Shown: one piece after another, positions 27,901 to 37,807 of the stretch
Layout: every line of letters begins with the position of its first letter
Position numbering within the stretch: the stretch's first letter is position 1
Position numbers and translations under genes: made by a program
Notes under the pieces: model-generated
Told to the model about the DNA's origin: nothing
Seen by the model: only the letters and a program-made list of their open reading frames with translations
Databases searched by the model: none
From: a virus
Length of the DNA stretch: 64,000 nucleotides
IMG/VR virus record: IMGVR_UViG_3300009370_000002
Strand: one strand, 5' to 3'

Positions 27901-28722
27901 GTCTGTCCCCAAGGACACCTCCATCTCCTGCTCATATCCGCACTCATCACACTCAAAATCTCGTGTGATACGGATACTAGGAGTCAGCCGTTCGTAAGCG
28001 TCCCGAAGGTACCTACTTTGCGCTGAGGGTATATTTTCAACAAAATGTTTAATAACATTACGCTGACTGTGCCCTTCTACGGACACAATGAACATCATCA
28101 TCTGCTTGGTTATGAGGGTGGAATCCTTCTTCTTGTTATTTAACATCTTGAAGATTTCCGATTCGTCAGAGCCCTTAAGAAGTCTGACTTCCACATTAAA
28201 TCCAGAAACCGGCAACACAATCGAGTAATTACCGTTATCCAAAGCTTCGACTTGATAATCTTCCCACTCATCACCATGATAAACGGATGCGTCTTCCAAG
28301 TCAAATGCTTTCTTTGCAACCACAGAACAGTTAGGACAAGTAACCTTTGTGTTATATTCATTACCATATCCTGTTGCACGAGCAGAAATAATAATTGCAT
28401 TTCTATCGCAGAGAAGCATTTCAGATGATTTGACGTTTCCATCACAAATTAAACTTGAAATTAGCTTCTCTAGTGCTTTACCACTCTTCAACAAAGAGCG
28501 AGAGGATAAGATATCTTCATGCTTTGCTGTCATATGTTTTATTTCAATTGTGTCTTGTCCATTGAGTGGGTGCCCATTTGGGTACCCTATGCCCCTCGAC
28601 GGCAAATCTATGTACTCTGTTGGTGTGACAAACTGCAATATGCTTTCTGCATCAGAGGTTTGTGGTGCTTCATCTGATGAGTTTCCTCTTGGACCAAATC
28701 GATCCTCGTTTTTCCTTACCAT
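27880..28722 (-). CDS. tail assembly chaperone / baseplate hub assembly protein (T4 gp26-like)
   Basis: LPSRG...IEIKHMTAKHEDIL, CxxC pairs (CPNC, CDEC), ends DFFWP; between tubes and tape measure. Confidence 0.75.
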   Translation of the reverse strand: MVRKNEDRFGPRGNSSDEAPQTSDAESILQFVTPTEYIDLPSRGIGYPNGHPLNGQDTIEIKHMTAKHEDILSSRSLLKSGKALEKLISSLICDGNVKSSEMLLCDRNAIIISARATGYGNEYNTKVTCPNCSVVAKKAFDLEDASVYHGDEWEDYQVEALDNGNYSIVLPVSGFNVEVRLLKGSDESEIFKMLNNKKKDSTLITKQMMMFIVSVEGHSQRNVIKHFVENIPSAQSRYLRDAYERLTPSIRITRDFECDECGYEQEMEVSLGTDFFWPER

Positions 28723-28774
28723 TATTTCTCCTGTTTAAATATAATTAGATTGTTAGAAAATTACTCTAAGTCCC

Positions 28775-29749
28775 TTACGTGCCTGGAATTTTATACGTAC
28801 CACCATAAGTCGGCCAAATTTTATCCTTTTGCTCCTTTTCTCGCTGAGCCTTTTCTTTGGCCGCCTTGTCCGCCGCCGCCTTGTCCGCCGCCGCCTTTAA
28901 CTCGGCCATAACGTCTCGTGCCGGGGGTTCTGGTGGGCCCATTGGTGTTTCTGACTTTGAAGTTGGTGAACCACCAGACTTTGTGTTTGTATTCGGTTTG
29001 TTGCTCTTTCTCCTGCTTCGTTTCTTTTTGTTTGATTTTTTCCTTTTATTGGCATTGTCGTTAGCAGAACCACCCTTATTATCACCAGCAACATATGTGC
29101 TCGTTCCTGGTGGCTCCCCAGACTCGAAGCCATTAGCCTTGTTAATCTCTTGAATTCTTTTGTTTTTTGCTTCAAGATATAAATGTTCATCAGTAACAAA
29201 CCCTTCTTGTCCTGCTTTTTTGCCTTTATTCATGGATTTTGCCTTCGCTGACATTCCCATTAAATCCTTCTTACTAAGGCCGGATGGATATTCTTTGCCG
29301 TCAAATGTCCACAAATATTGCTTCTTCTTGCCTTTGCCTCTGGTTATTAATTCAACGTCTTTGCCCTTAGCGTCTTTTATAATCTTATTTCGATACGCTA
29401 TTTTCTCTGGCTTGTCCCTCGCGGCTTTCGCTCTGGCGTTTGCGGCGGCATTCTTGGCAGCTTGAATTCGCTGCTGTTCTAGCCTTATTTCTTCTGGTGT
29501 TTTCTCAGAAAACTCATGATTGCCGCCCTTATCATAACGGAAAAACTTTATCTTTTTCTCTTCATCTGTCTCCTTACCAATCATATCCAAATCGGAAGAA
29601 CTACCTTTGGAAGTAGCAGTTCCTTTTTCATCAATATTTAAAGTAAAATTCTGCCACAAATTGCCAATTGTGGAACTCTGTAGTCCTTGTTTTGGAAAGT
29701 TAGTGTAGTGCAGTGATATCTTTGGTTTAGTCAAGTTTTTTTTAGCCAT
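28775..29749 (-). CDS. Lys-rich low-complexity hypothetical protein
   Basis: 324 aa, basic tracts and AADKAAADKAA repeat. Confidence 0.55.
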   Translation of the reverse strand: MAKKNLTKPKISLHYTNFPKQGLQSSTIGNLWQNFTLNIDEKGTATSKGSSSDLDMIGKETDEEKKIKFFRYDKGGNHEFSEKTPEEIRLEQQRIQAAKNAAANARAKAARDKPEKIAYRNKIIKDAKGKDVELITRGKGKKKQYLWTFDGKEYPSGLSKKDLMGMSAKAKSMNKGKKAGQEGFVTDEHLYLEAKNKRIQEINKANGFESGEPPGTSTYVAGDNKGGSANDNANKRKKSNKKKRSRRKSNKPNTNTKSGGSPTSKSETPMGPPEPPARDVMAELKAAADKAAADKAAKEKAQREKEQKDKIWPTYGGTYKIPGT

Positions 29750-30351
29750 TATCCTTCACCGAGTACTGCGAAATCATATATTATTTCCATAGTATATTCA
29801 ACCGCCTCATCACTGTCGTATGCTAACTCACCAAATTTAATAGACTTAATCAGCGGATTCGCCAATGTCCATGACTCATTAACTTCACCAGATGGAGATA
29901 ACATTTGAATTTTAACATTTTGCTTTTGGTATGCGGCGGCAGTATTATCTTTGGAACCAGCAAGCCCACCACCAAAAGCGTTAGCAATAGTGGAAGATTT
30001 CTCAGGCGAAGAAATTTGACTTGCTCCACCTCCCTTTGTGGCTATGTTGTGTCCACCCATCGACGGATTTGCATAGCCAGTGTTATTTAACATTTGCATC
30101 AAGAAACCTGCTGTATCAAATTGATCACCATTGGCATTAAAATCAATAAAAGTGATTGTTATTGGATTCCACTTTGCTATGCCTGGGTAATTAAACACAT
30201 GATTTAATAATTTGAAATCTTTTGTTACAATATCTACACTTGGCTTTGTAACTGATTTAACATTTGGGAGATAAAAATCATTAGCAAAAGAAACAATAAA
30301 CTTGCTCTTTTGCTTTAATTCAAATTTGCCTTGGATACCCCAAAAAGACAC
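29749..30351 (-). CDS. tail tube protein, paralogue 2 (gp19-like)
   Basis: VKSVTKPSVD...FNYPGIAKWNPITITFID...WTLANPLIKSIKFGELAYDSDE...IIYDFA. Confidence 0.85.
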   Translation of the reverse strand: MSFWGIQGKFELKQKSKFIVSFANDFYLPNVKSVTKPSVDIVTKDFKLLNHVFNYPGIAKWNPITITFIDFNANGDQFDTAGFLMQMLNNTGYANPSMGGHNIATKGGGASQISSPEKSSTIANAFGGGLAGSKDNTAAAYQKQNVKIQMLSPSGEVNESWTLANPLIKSIKFGELAYDSDEAVEYTMEIIYDFAVLGEG

Positions 30352-30362
30352 TATTTACCTTC

Positions 30363-30938
30363 CTATGCTGCTGGTCCAGCCAAGCCAGCATCAAAATGAA
30401 CACCAACGGAATCGCTAGAGCCACACACTGCCCAATCATAACGAAGCTCTACTTCAAACTGTGTTAGTTCATCATTTTCATAATCCAATTCGCCATAAGA
30501 GATTTTTTTGATCCATGGATTATGTAAAGTCCAATACTCTATTGGCTGTCCAGCAGAATCGAGTTGCACAATATTAACAGGTCCTAACCCCGTAGCAGCA
30601 GATGCTTTACTTTGAGTAACTAATTCATCAGCTTTTGATGGAGGCCTGTAACCTGACTCCTGAAATATCTTATTTAATCTTTGGACTGTTCCATCGGCAG
30701 TGGTTTGAATATCTACTGGATCCACAAAAGTGATTGTTATTGTTTGCCACTCCACCCTTCCAGGCCAGTAATAAGTGTGATTCAAATAAGAATGCTTGGA
30801 CTCTGCAACTGTAAAATTGGGCTTGGTTGCTTTTTTTGCCCACCATATAGTTCCACTATCATCGCCGATTCCGCCAATCATCACTTTAAATCTAAAATTT
30901 CTCTTTGGGTCTTTCCCAGCAGTATTCCAAAATCCCAT
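30363..30938 (-). CDS. tail tube protein, paralogue 1 (gp19-like)
   Basis: KRNFRFKV...KKATKPNF...YYWPGRVEWQTITITFVDP...WTLHNPWIKKISYGELDYENDE...LRYDWA. Confidence 0.9.
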   Translation of the reverse strand: MGFWNTAGKDPKRNFRFKVMIGGIGDDSGTIWWAKKATKPNFTVAESKHSYLNHTYYWPGRVEWQTITITFVDPVDIQTTADGTVQRLNKIFQESGYRPPSKADELVTQSKASAATGLGPVNIVQLDSAGQPIEYWTLHNPWIKKISYGELDYENDELTQFEVELRYDWAVCGSSDSVGVHFDAGLAGPAA

Positions 30939-30972
30939 TTAATAAAATCTCCTATATATTTTAAATAGTTTC

Positions 30973-33900
30973 CTATGCAAAAGATGCACCTGTTCTTGTT
31001 ACCATAAAGTCAATCGCTATATATTCAATCGCTCTCGCAGGCTTTAAGTATACTTGAGCGTACAGAATATTTTGATCTATCATCGCGGCTGTTGTCGTAG
31101 TTGTGTCTAAAACCAACTTAAAGTCTGTTAGTCCAAATCTTGCTTTCACATCATCCAAAATAGGAGTAGCCTCTGAGATAAATCTTGCCCATGTTGAATC
31201 AACATTCTGATCAAAAAGAATATTTTTTGCAACATGCGATATTTTTTCCTTAAGGAACAAGAGCAACCTTCTAACATTAATCCTACTAAGAGCAGAATTG
31301 ATACCAGGCGATTGTAGTGTTTTTTGTCCGAAAATCACAACACCTTCATTCGGAAATGTAGCGATAGGATTAATATGCATTTCGTATAGTTCATCCCTTT
31401 CGTCCGAATCCAGCCTCATTCTTGCTTGAGTTACCATTGGCCCAGTAGGACCACCTAAAGCTCCAAGCCCACCTCTATTAAACCCAGCAGGCGCAAACCA
31501 AGCAGCCGATAAGGCTTCAGATTGTGCCATTCCACCAAGACCAGCAATCGATGAAGGTAACCAAACACGGTTGTTATTGTTCATTCTATCGATAGCCTGT
31601 ACGGCTGGGTAGAAAGTACACGCGAATGTTGAGTTAAACATCCTAGTATTCTCAGCATGATCTACAACAGTTGCAACAGAACCTTGTCGTGTCGCGGCAT
31701 CATCTTCACTTTCATATTCTGAAAGATAGTCTCCAACCAAATCCACAATAGCTAGCATATCTTGTCTATCATCTGCTAGTGAAATAATTCTATCAGTTAT
31801 TGTTGCATCCTGAATACCTGGAGCAAGAATAAGATTAGCAGGAACAACTTCTGGATCCTTAACAGTCTCAACTGCCTTTAGCAAGGTGTGTCTGAGGTAG
31901 TTTGTGGATTCTGATGCTCCCAAGTCGCCAATCAGAGGATTCCTGAATGGTTCAGCTTGAGTAATATCAAGTCCGTGTCTTCCGCCAAACATTGGCATGA
32001 TAAACTGCTTTACCTTTTTGGTAAGAAGTGCAGATGTTCCACCGCTCAAAGCAGTATAAGATGTGTTGCCTTTGCGAGAACCAGAAACATATGTAATGAC
32101 GTTGTTGGCTGTGTCGATTTTGATATTGTCTAGCGAAAAGATAAAGCTGTACTCAAAATCACCCGATGGTTCGTGTGTGCTAGAGTCAAATTCCGATGGC
32201 AATGCTCTTAAATAATCAACATAATCGTTATCGTGAACTCTTGACGTTGTACTATCTTTGGGGCGAATTCCGTATAAAGCTTTATATGGGTTCGCCGGAT
32301 TTCCATCAGAACCAGAATTTCTGAGTATTAGTGATGGAAATTTGAACATAGCTGTTGCATTCGAAGGCAAACCTCCTGCGAAATCATTAATACCTGAATG
32401 GCCACTGGCGGGAACTGAACCGGAACCTTTTACAAATACACCAGCAAATGAAGCCCCTGTACCTAGTGCCCTTGCAGAAGATACACCTTCACTTATATCA
32501 AACCCTTTTGGTCGTCCTGGCCCGGTAAAGCCAAAGGGAAGATCGTTTGGTTGATATCCGCCATCTGATTTTTTCATTTCAACCCAGATATAACTTGAAC
32601 GATTCTCAATATCTCCAATATAAATATATTTCTTAAGTGATTCGCTCCATGATGATATACGGAAATTACCAATTCTATCCTCAATATAATTTGAAGAGTT
32701 GTTGTTCAGGTTGCAGTTTGTGAATTTCTCAAGAAGATTACCAGCAACATCTCTAACTGTAACTGAAAATGAAGGATAAGCATTAACATTGGCGTTTGGA
32801 GCCAATTTGATATCTTCAATTCCAACCATTATTTCTTTTTGCAAATCATCTCCACCATGAAGACAGTGGAACCTAAACAAAGGATTAGCAGCGTATGTTT
32901 CAATATTGTAATCTGTTGGCTCGTTACCTTCATCGTGAGAAATTACCCATCCAGTTTTTGCTTTAGTGTGTTCTTTTCTCTGGTATCCCCAATTTGCCTT
33001 ATTTGCATCTCCATCTGCCTTGTGCAGTGGAAGCAAAACAGCATACTGATTGCCGCTGGTGCTACTTGTTACAAATTGCTTTAAGCTTCTTTCAAAAGTC
33101 TCTCCAAGCCAATATGTTGCTTGATCAGCGCTTGGCGTCATTGTGGTGTTAACCTTTTGGGGGTTGGTGTTGAGTACGTTTCTGATATATTTTGAGCTTG
33201 ACTTGCTAAAATTGAACTTAAGAGTCGAGCCAATCTTTGCAGAAGCAGTATCATAAACATCAATCCCAAACATTAGTGAATCTCCAATAGACTCAATAAA
33301 TGTACAGGCGCTTGATGACTTGTTTGAATTCCCGTCTGGAACGGTACCAGATAGTGTCATATAACCAGAATCACAATAGAGAATTGCCCCAAGGGAACCA
33401 TACTTCCCTCCGGTAATCGCAGCCAAAGTTACGGATATTTGATCGTAAGTACCAGGTGCGCTAGCATCTTCTAATCCGCAATGCAGCCCACTGCTTGACG
33501 CCAATGCCACCGTAGAAGCTCCTAAGTTTCTAATCACCATAACTTTTGCATTACCACCATCGACTTCAACATCGACATTTAGAGTGCCATCATCTATTTT
33601 AACTTGAATTGCAGCTATGAGCGCTAATACAACACCCTCCTCGCTTCCAGCCGAAGAGATATCAACAGCGATGGCATCCGTTGTGGCCGCACCATTGGAT
33701 GAATAATCAAACTCAAATATTGTTGTTCCAACAGTAATGGTTTGTCCCTCATAATTAGAGAGGGTTGAAGTTGTGATTCCCACTTTACTACTTGCACCAC
33801 TGTCGGCTATACATGCAGCTTTATCAATAACAAAAAGCCCGTAAGCTGTTGAATTGTGTGCTGCGCTTGCACTTGGGACACACCCCGATGCTCCGCTTAC

Positions 33901-34263
33901 TTGCCAACCAGCAAAACCATTACTTGAAGGAGTATCAACTTGATCACCCAACAACCGAACAATTGTTACTGGGCTGTTGCCGGATGCTAACCACGCTTGA
34001 GCAGCATAAGAAGCGTATGTGGGAGCACTCATGTTCGGGCCGTCTCTCCATACGTCACCTGTGGCTGATAAGCCACCTGCGGTGGGTTTTCCGAAAACTT
34101 TTACATAGCTATCCCAGCTTGTAATCTTCACTGGTTCCATCGCTGGTCCCTTTAGTGTTCTTCCGATTATAATCGGTCCTAATTCATCTGGAACAGCCGG
34201 CATTGCCGAGTTGTCAATCTCACGTATGTTGATACCCGGTGATTGAAATGTGAATTCTGGCAT
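30973..34263 (-). CDS. tail sheath protein (gp18-like)
   Basis: FQSPGINIREID, WFAPAGFNRG, INPIATFPNEG..IFGQKTLQ, LSRINVRRLL, VYLKPARAIEYIAIDF. Confidence 0.95.
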   Translation of the reverse strand: MPEFTFQSPGINIREIDNSAMPAVPDELGPIIIGRTLKGPAMEPVKITSWDSYVKVFGKPTAGGLSATGDVWRDGPNMSAPTYASYAAQAWLASGNSPVTIVRLLGDQVDTPSSNGFAGWQVSGASGCVPSASAAHNSTAYGLFVIDKAACIADSGASSKVGITTSTLSNYEGQTITVGTTIFEFDYSSNGAATTDAIAVDISSAGSEEGVVLALIAAIQVKIDDGTLNVDVEVDGGNAKVMVIRNLGASTVALASSSGLHCGLEDASAPGTYDQISVTLAAITGGKYGSLGAILYCDSGYMTLSGTVPDGNSNKSSSACTFIESIGDSLMFGIDVYDTASAKIGSTLKFNFSKSSSKYIRNVLNTNPQKVNTTMTPSADQATYWLGETFERSLKQFVTSSTSGNQYAVLLPLHKADGDANKANWGYQRKEHTKAKTGWVISHDEGNEPTDYNIETYAANPLFRFHCLHGGDDLQKEIMVGIEDIKLAPNANVNAYPSFSVTVRDVAGNLLEKFTNCNLNNNSSNYIEDRIGNFRISSWSESLKKYIYIGDIENRSSYIWVEMKKSDGGYQPNDLPFGFTGPGRPKGFDISEGVSSARALGTGASFAGVFVKGSGSVPASGHSGINDFAGGLPSNATAMFKFPSLILRNSGSDGNPANPYKALYGIRPKDSTTSRVHDNDYVDYLRALPSEFDSSTHEPSGDFEYSFIFSLDNIKIDTANNVITYVSGSRKGNTSYTALSGGTSALLTKKVKQFIMPMFGGRHGLDITQAEPFRNPLIGDLGASESTNYLRHTLLKAVETVKDPEVVPANLILAPGIQDATITDRIISLADDRQDMLAIVDLVGDYLSEYESEDDAATRQGSVATVVDHAENTRMFNSTFACTFYPAVQAIDRMNNNNRVWLPSSIAGLGGMAQSEALSAAWFAPAGFNRGGLGALGGPTGPMVTQARMRLDSDERDELYEMHINPIATFPNEGVVIFGQKTLQSPGINSALSRINVRRLLLFLKEKISHVAKNILFDQNVDSTWARFISEATPILDDVKARFGLTDFKLVLDTTTTTAAMIDQNILYAQVYLKPARAIEYIAIDFMVTRTGASFA

Positions 34264-34299
34264 AATAGTGTATCTCCTCTTAATTTTTTCTATTCACAA

Positions 34300-34306
34300 T
34301 AAATAG
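34300..34306 (-). promoter_or_regulatory. putative late promoter CTATTTA upstream of sheath
   Basis: Recurrent motif in short intergenic gaps before structural genes. Confidence 0.55.
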
Positions 34307-34380
34307 TAAGTTTGAGCCTAAATGGAATAGTTTTTGTTTTTTATCATCTTTAAAATTGTACTCACGGCTTTTTTTTGCTT

Positions 34381-35520
34381 TTAATCATCATCACAATCTG
34401 TCCCGTACACTTTTTCTCGATTATCTGGATTCCCATATTCGTTACCAGTTCCTTCCATATTTACCCACCCTTGTCCTGGAATTATATCCTGTGGGTTGAC
34501 TAGCCTCCACGATGTTTCGTAAGACACTTCTGTGTCTGCTTGGTCTGCACCTGTTGTTGCAGTTGTGGCTGCTTGGCTTTCGGGATCTGCAAATTGAAGC
34601 GCAGATGCTGCAATATAACACTGATCATTAATTGTGATTTGGCTAGGCCCGCTGTAGCCGCTGCCGTTACTGTTGGATTCTCCGAACCCACTTGAGTTCA
34701 GTTGTCCAGTCCCAGGAGTATATTCCATTTCTGTTACGGCATGGAGCTTGGCAATGGTTTCCCTTTTCACAATTTTCGGACGAGGCTCGTTAACACCTTC
34801 CCCAATAACATATCCAAGTACCTTAATATCAACTTTTGTTTGAAACTTCCTCTCCTCTTCATTCAAAGAGGCAAGATTGTTCTCTTGAGAGAATTCTTGT
34901 TGTATGAACGATTCAAACCTATGTCCATCCTGTTTGTAGACAAAATGATTAACTTGCCCCGTTTTGGATATAAATGGCAACACCATTTGATTCATTTGTT
35001 GTTGATATTCACAACGCAACGTGATAGAGTATGTTACTGCCACATATGTTGGTATGGGCACTAGATACTCATCCATAACTATCTCTCTGCCGTAGTCTGT
35101 CGAAAATGGGTTTCCTTTCCAATCGGCATTATTGAAATTTTTTGCATGTTGCCGGGCTGATGTCTTTTCTTGATTTATCTTTGACACAACTTTAAATGCG
35201 CCACCAACATAATCTCTACCTTGTCCTTTTCTTGGGCGTATGTCGGCTTGGATTGCCCCTTTGAAGGTAGGGTCTTTTTGCATCGATGTTCTTTCAACTG
35301 AGATTAGTGGCAATTTCAATTTACCGCTTGTGTCTCTCAATTGTACATCTGACTTTAATTGGTGTGCTCTTTCTGAACCTACCCAAATAACGGGAACTTT
35401 TCTGAACCCAGAATTCGTAAATACGTGTATATTGAATTCGTTTTTCAGATATTCTACGAGCCCAACGTCAATTGTCTCAAGCGTACATGGCTTTATTGGA
35501 AATACTTCATTATTCTGCAT
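34381..35520 (-). CDS. tail terminator/completion protein (gp15-like)
   Basis: LETIDVGL, VPVIWVGSER, LPLISVERT, PTYVAVTYSITL; position between neck and sheath; start refined to MQNN. Confidence 0.65.
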   Translation of the reverse strand: MQNNEVFPIKPCTLETIDVGLVEYLKNEFNIHVFTNSGFRKVPVIWVGSERAHQLKSDVQLRDTSGKLKLPLISVERTSMQKDPTFKGAIQADIRPRKGQGRDYVGGAFKVVSKINQEKTSARQHAKNFNNADWKGNPFSTDYGREIVMDEYLVPIPTYVAVTYSITLRCEYQQQMNQMVLPFISKTGQVNHFVYKQDGHRFESFIQQEFSQENNLASLNEEERKFQTKVDIKVLGYVIGEGVNEPRPKIVKRETIAKLHAVTEMEYTPGTGQLNSSGFGESNSNGSGYSGPSQITINDQCYIAASALQFADPESQAATTATTGADQADTEVSYETSWRLVNPQDIIPGQGWVNMEGTGNEYGNPDNREKVYGTDCDDD

Positions 35521-36001
35521 TGAAAACTCCATCTCTTGCTCTGATGCACTCAGCTTGAATCTCAAACCTATGCTCAGGTTGTCCAAAAAGCAATTTTGGC
35601 TCTATTAACTTAACTATCTCGTAAAATATTGAACCGTACCTTACAAAGTCTCCTTCTCTCACATATAAGTCTTGATCTTCGGTGATTCTCTTCTTGTGAA
35701 ACTTGACACTTATCTTGGTTGTCTTATCAATGCCAACATTTTCCATATATTCTGTTTCAATTCCTTGATATTCAACCAAAGCAAAAACCCTAATGGGCGG
35801 AAGGAAGGTTTTTTCTATCGCTTCCCCATACAATGGGTGGAAATTTGTATGTTCGGCATCAATTCCGAAATAGAGTATCTGTTGCCCAACAACTCGCTCA
35901 GCAATTTCATCATTTACCTGCTTAACAAGGTTGCGTTCTTTCTCCCCCAAGAACATTGGTGGTGGAGGCTGTTCAGATTTTTTCCATTTATCGTCTGCCA
36001 T
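35510..36001 (-). CDS. neck protein (gp14-like head-tail connector)
   Basis: VNDEIAERVVGQQILYF...LYGEAIEK...EGDFVRYGSIFYEI. Confidence 0.75.
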   Translation of the reverse strand: MADDKWKKSEQPPPPMFLGEKERNLVKQVNDEIAERVVGQQILYFGIDAEHTNFHPLYGEAIEKTFLPPIRVFALVEYQGIETEYMENVGIDKTTKISVKFHKKRITEDQDLYVREGDFVRYGSIFYEIVKLIEPKLLFGQPEHRFEIQAECIRARDGVFNAE

Positions 36002-36005
36002 AACG

Positions 36006-37247
36006 TTATCCTACGAATATCTTCAATGGAACCCGTTCCATAATAGCAGCAGAATTGTCAATGATTCCCTTATCTGTTTCCGACAGTTTGGGATAAGTCA
36101 TTTCTGCCAATTGCTCCTTAAGTTCATCTCTTAGAGCATTTTGTTCATCTTTAGCTTGGCTAAGTAAATCTGAGGCGTTCAGTGTAACCGATTCGCCCGG
36201 AATTGGTATAGCTCCTCCAAATTTGCCTCGAATCTGCCCAAGTGTCTCCTTTGAAAGCGCTAGTGCAAACCTCCTTATCCATTGTTTACCAATTGAATTA
36301 ATATTTTCATATGGGATGTTCTGAAATGGAAGCGTATTCATGTTATTGATGCCATCCTCGCCACCTCCATCACTCTCAAACGGGCCAGTGTCTACACTAA
36401 ATCGAACCCAGAACTTTTCTGGTGAGATAGAACTTGGGGTTGGGTATAATATCAGCTTGTTATCAATGATTTCATATGAATAGTGCGATGTTCTTGTATA
36501 TAAATGATCTTCATATTGAATTGCTTGTGCTTTGTTCTGCCAAGCAGGAATTACATTAAAGCTTGAATCATCGGCATACTGTCCATAGGTATGCATGTCA
36601 CCAGTGACGTTTAATCCGCCGTAGTAACCGTAAAATCGCCACATTTGCCTTGGGGTGATATAATATACCTGCCTAATCTTTACTCTATTAGTGCCAACTT
36701 TGCCATAAAATGGGAATGAAGATGAGTTATCAGATTGAGCCTTAAGCAAAGTCTGTAAATCATATTCTTGCTTTTGATTTACTGTATCAAAGGATGCTGA
36801 ATAGATGGGCTCAGTGCCTCCTACAACAGCTTCTGTGCTAAAGGTATCCCCTAACCTAAAGGCGTAATCAAAACGTAATTTTGGGTACTTTAAAGCCGCC
36901 CCTGTGCCTGTCTCAACTTCACCTTGGTAATCAAATGATGCTGTAGCTGCTCCAAGCGCAGATCCAAGAGCATTTTTTGCTTGATGAAGGTTAATAAGAT
37001 AAGAATACTCCAATACCGATTCTTCATAGTTAGCATATACATTCTTCTCTGTTAGTTCGATGTCTAGGACATCTCCACCCAGCTTCTTGTACGTATAAGC
37101 AACCTGTGCTACTGCTCCTGTAATAAAAGCAACAGAACCAGTATATGTTCCGATGGGACAGGCACCGGTAACATTGGCATGTGTTCCGGTTACCGGTAAT
37201 ATAATGGCGCTAGTAGAAGACGCCGGTGTTAGTGTTGGTAAAGCCAT
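36006..37247 (-). CDS. neck protein (gp13-like)
   Basis: LGGDVLDIELTE, KQWIRRFALALSKETLGQIRGKF...IPGESVTLNASDLLSQA. Confidence 0.85.
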   Translation of the reverse strand: MALPTLTPASSTSAIILPVTGTHANVTGACPIGTYTGSVAFITGAVAQVAYTYKKLGGDVLDIELTEKNVYANYEESVLEYSYLINLHQAKNALGSALGAATASFDYQGEVETGTGAALKYPKLRFDYAFRLGDTFSTEAVVGGTEPIYSASFDTVNQKQEYDLQTLLKAQSDNSSSFPFYGKVGTNRVKIRQVYYITPRQMWRFYGYYGGLNVTGDMHTYGQYADDSSFNVIPAWQNKAQAIQYEDHLYTRTSHYSYEIIDNKLILYPTPSSISPEKFWVRFSVDTGPFESDGGGEDGINNMNTLPFQNIPYENINSIGKQWIRRFALALSKETLGQIRGKFGGAIPIPGESVTLNASDLLSQAKDEQNALRDELKEQLAEMTYPKLSETDKGIIDNSAAIMERVPLKIFVG

Positions 37248-37293
37248 TCATGAAACCTCCAGTCAACATAAATAGTTTCTCAAATGAGAAAGA

Positions 37294-37683
37294 TTACTGT
37301 GCCGCTGTGATAGCTCTTATAATGGTTGCTTTGGATGAGTTTCTTCTGACATTACACCCAATCTCCGAGGCAAGACTCAACAGTTCTTTCTTTGTCATTT
37401 TCTTCAAATCTTGAGTCTCCACTTGTTCTTCCTCTTCCAATTCGGGAGGAGGCTCTGTTGCCAAGAATTGCGGTTCGATAATAGCAGCGTTTGTGGGTTC
37501 GGTGGTTGTTTTTATATTGTCAATTGTTTGTAAAATTGTGTCACAAGTACTTGACACGCTTTTCATGCGTTCGAGGACAACTGAATTGTCTTCAACAACC
37601 TTTGTCATTTTTGCTTCTTGTTCTCTTATACGTCTTTGTTCAATTAGCCGCTTTCGTCTCAAGCGTTGTGATTTTCTAGCCAT
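37294..37683 (-). CDS. protein with C-terminal Rho-N/HeH-like helical domain
   Basis: DLKKMTKKELLSLASEIG...SKATIIRAI; Arg-rich N-terminus. Confidence 0.6.
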   Translation of the reverse strand: MARKSQRLRRKRLIEQRRIREQEAKMTKVVEDNSVVLERMKSVSSTCDTILQTIDNIKTTTEPTNAAIIEPQFLATEPPPELEEEEQVETQDLKKMTKKELLSLASEIGCNVRRNSSKATIIRAITAAQ

Positions 37684-37757
37684 TGTAACTCCTTGTTAGT
37701 TGCTGTAATTAGACTGAAATCTGAAAAATTGTCCGAAAATAAAATTCGGGAAATTAG

Positions 37758-37780
37758 AAAAAGCCCACCGAAGTGAGCTT
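37758..37780 (-). terminator. intrinsic terminator with UUCG tetraloop
   Basis: AGCTCAC-TTCG-GTGGGCT followed by T run. Confidence 0.75.
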
Positions 37781-37807
37781 AGTCTTAATATTATGGAGAC
37801 TGTGGCG

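Noticed and set aside
30973-34263. Bacterial contractile injection system or prophage/GTA interpretation
   Set aside because: A complete T4-type head, terminase and replication module with no integrase or host housekeeping operon indicates a lytic phage genome
37684-37807. Possible tRNA in intergenic gaps (also 13085-13185 and 49085-49200)
   Set aside because: Hairpins are present but no cloverleaf, T-loop GTTC or D-loop pattern
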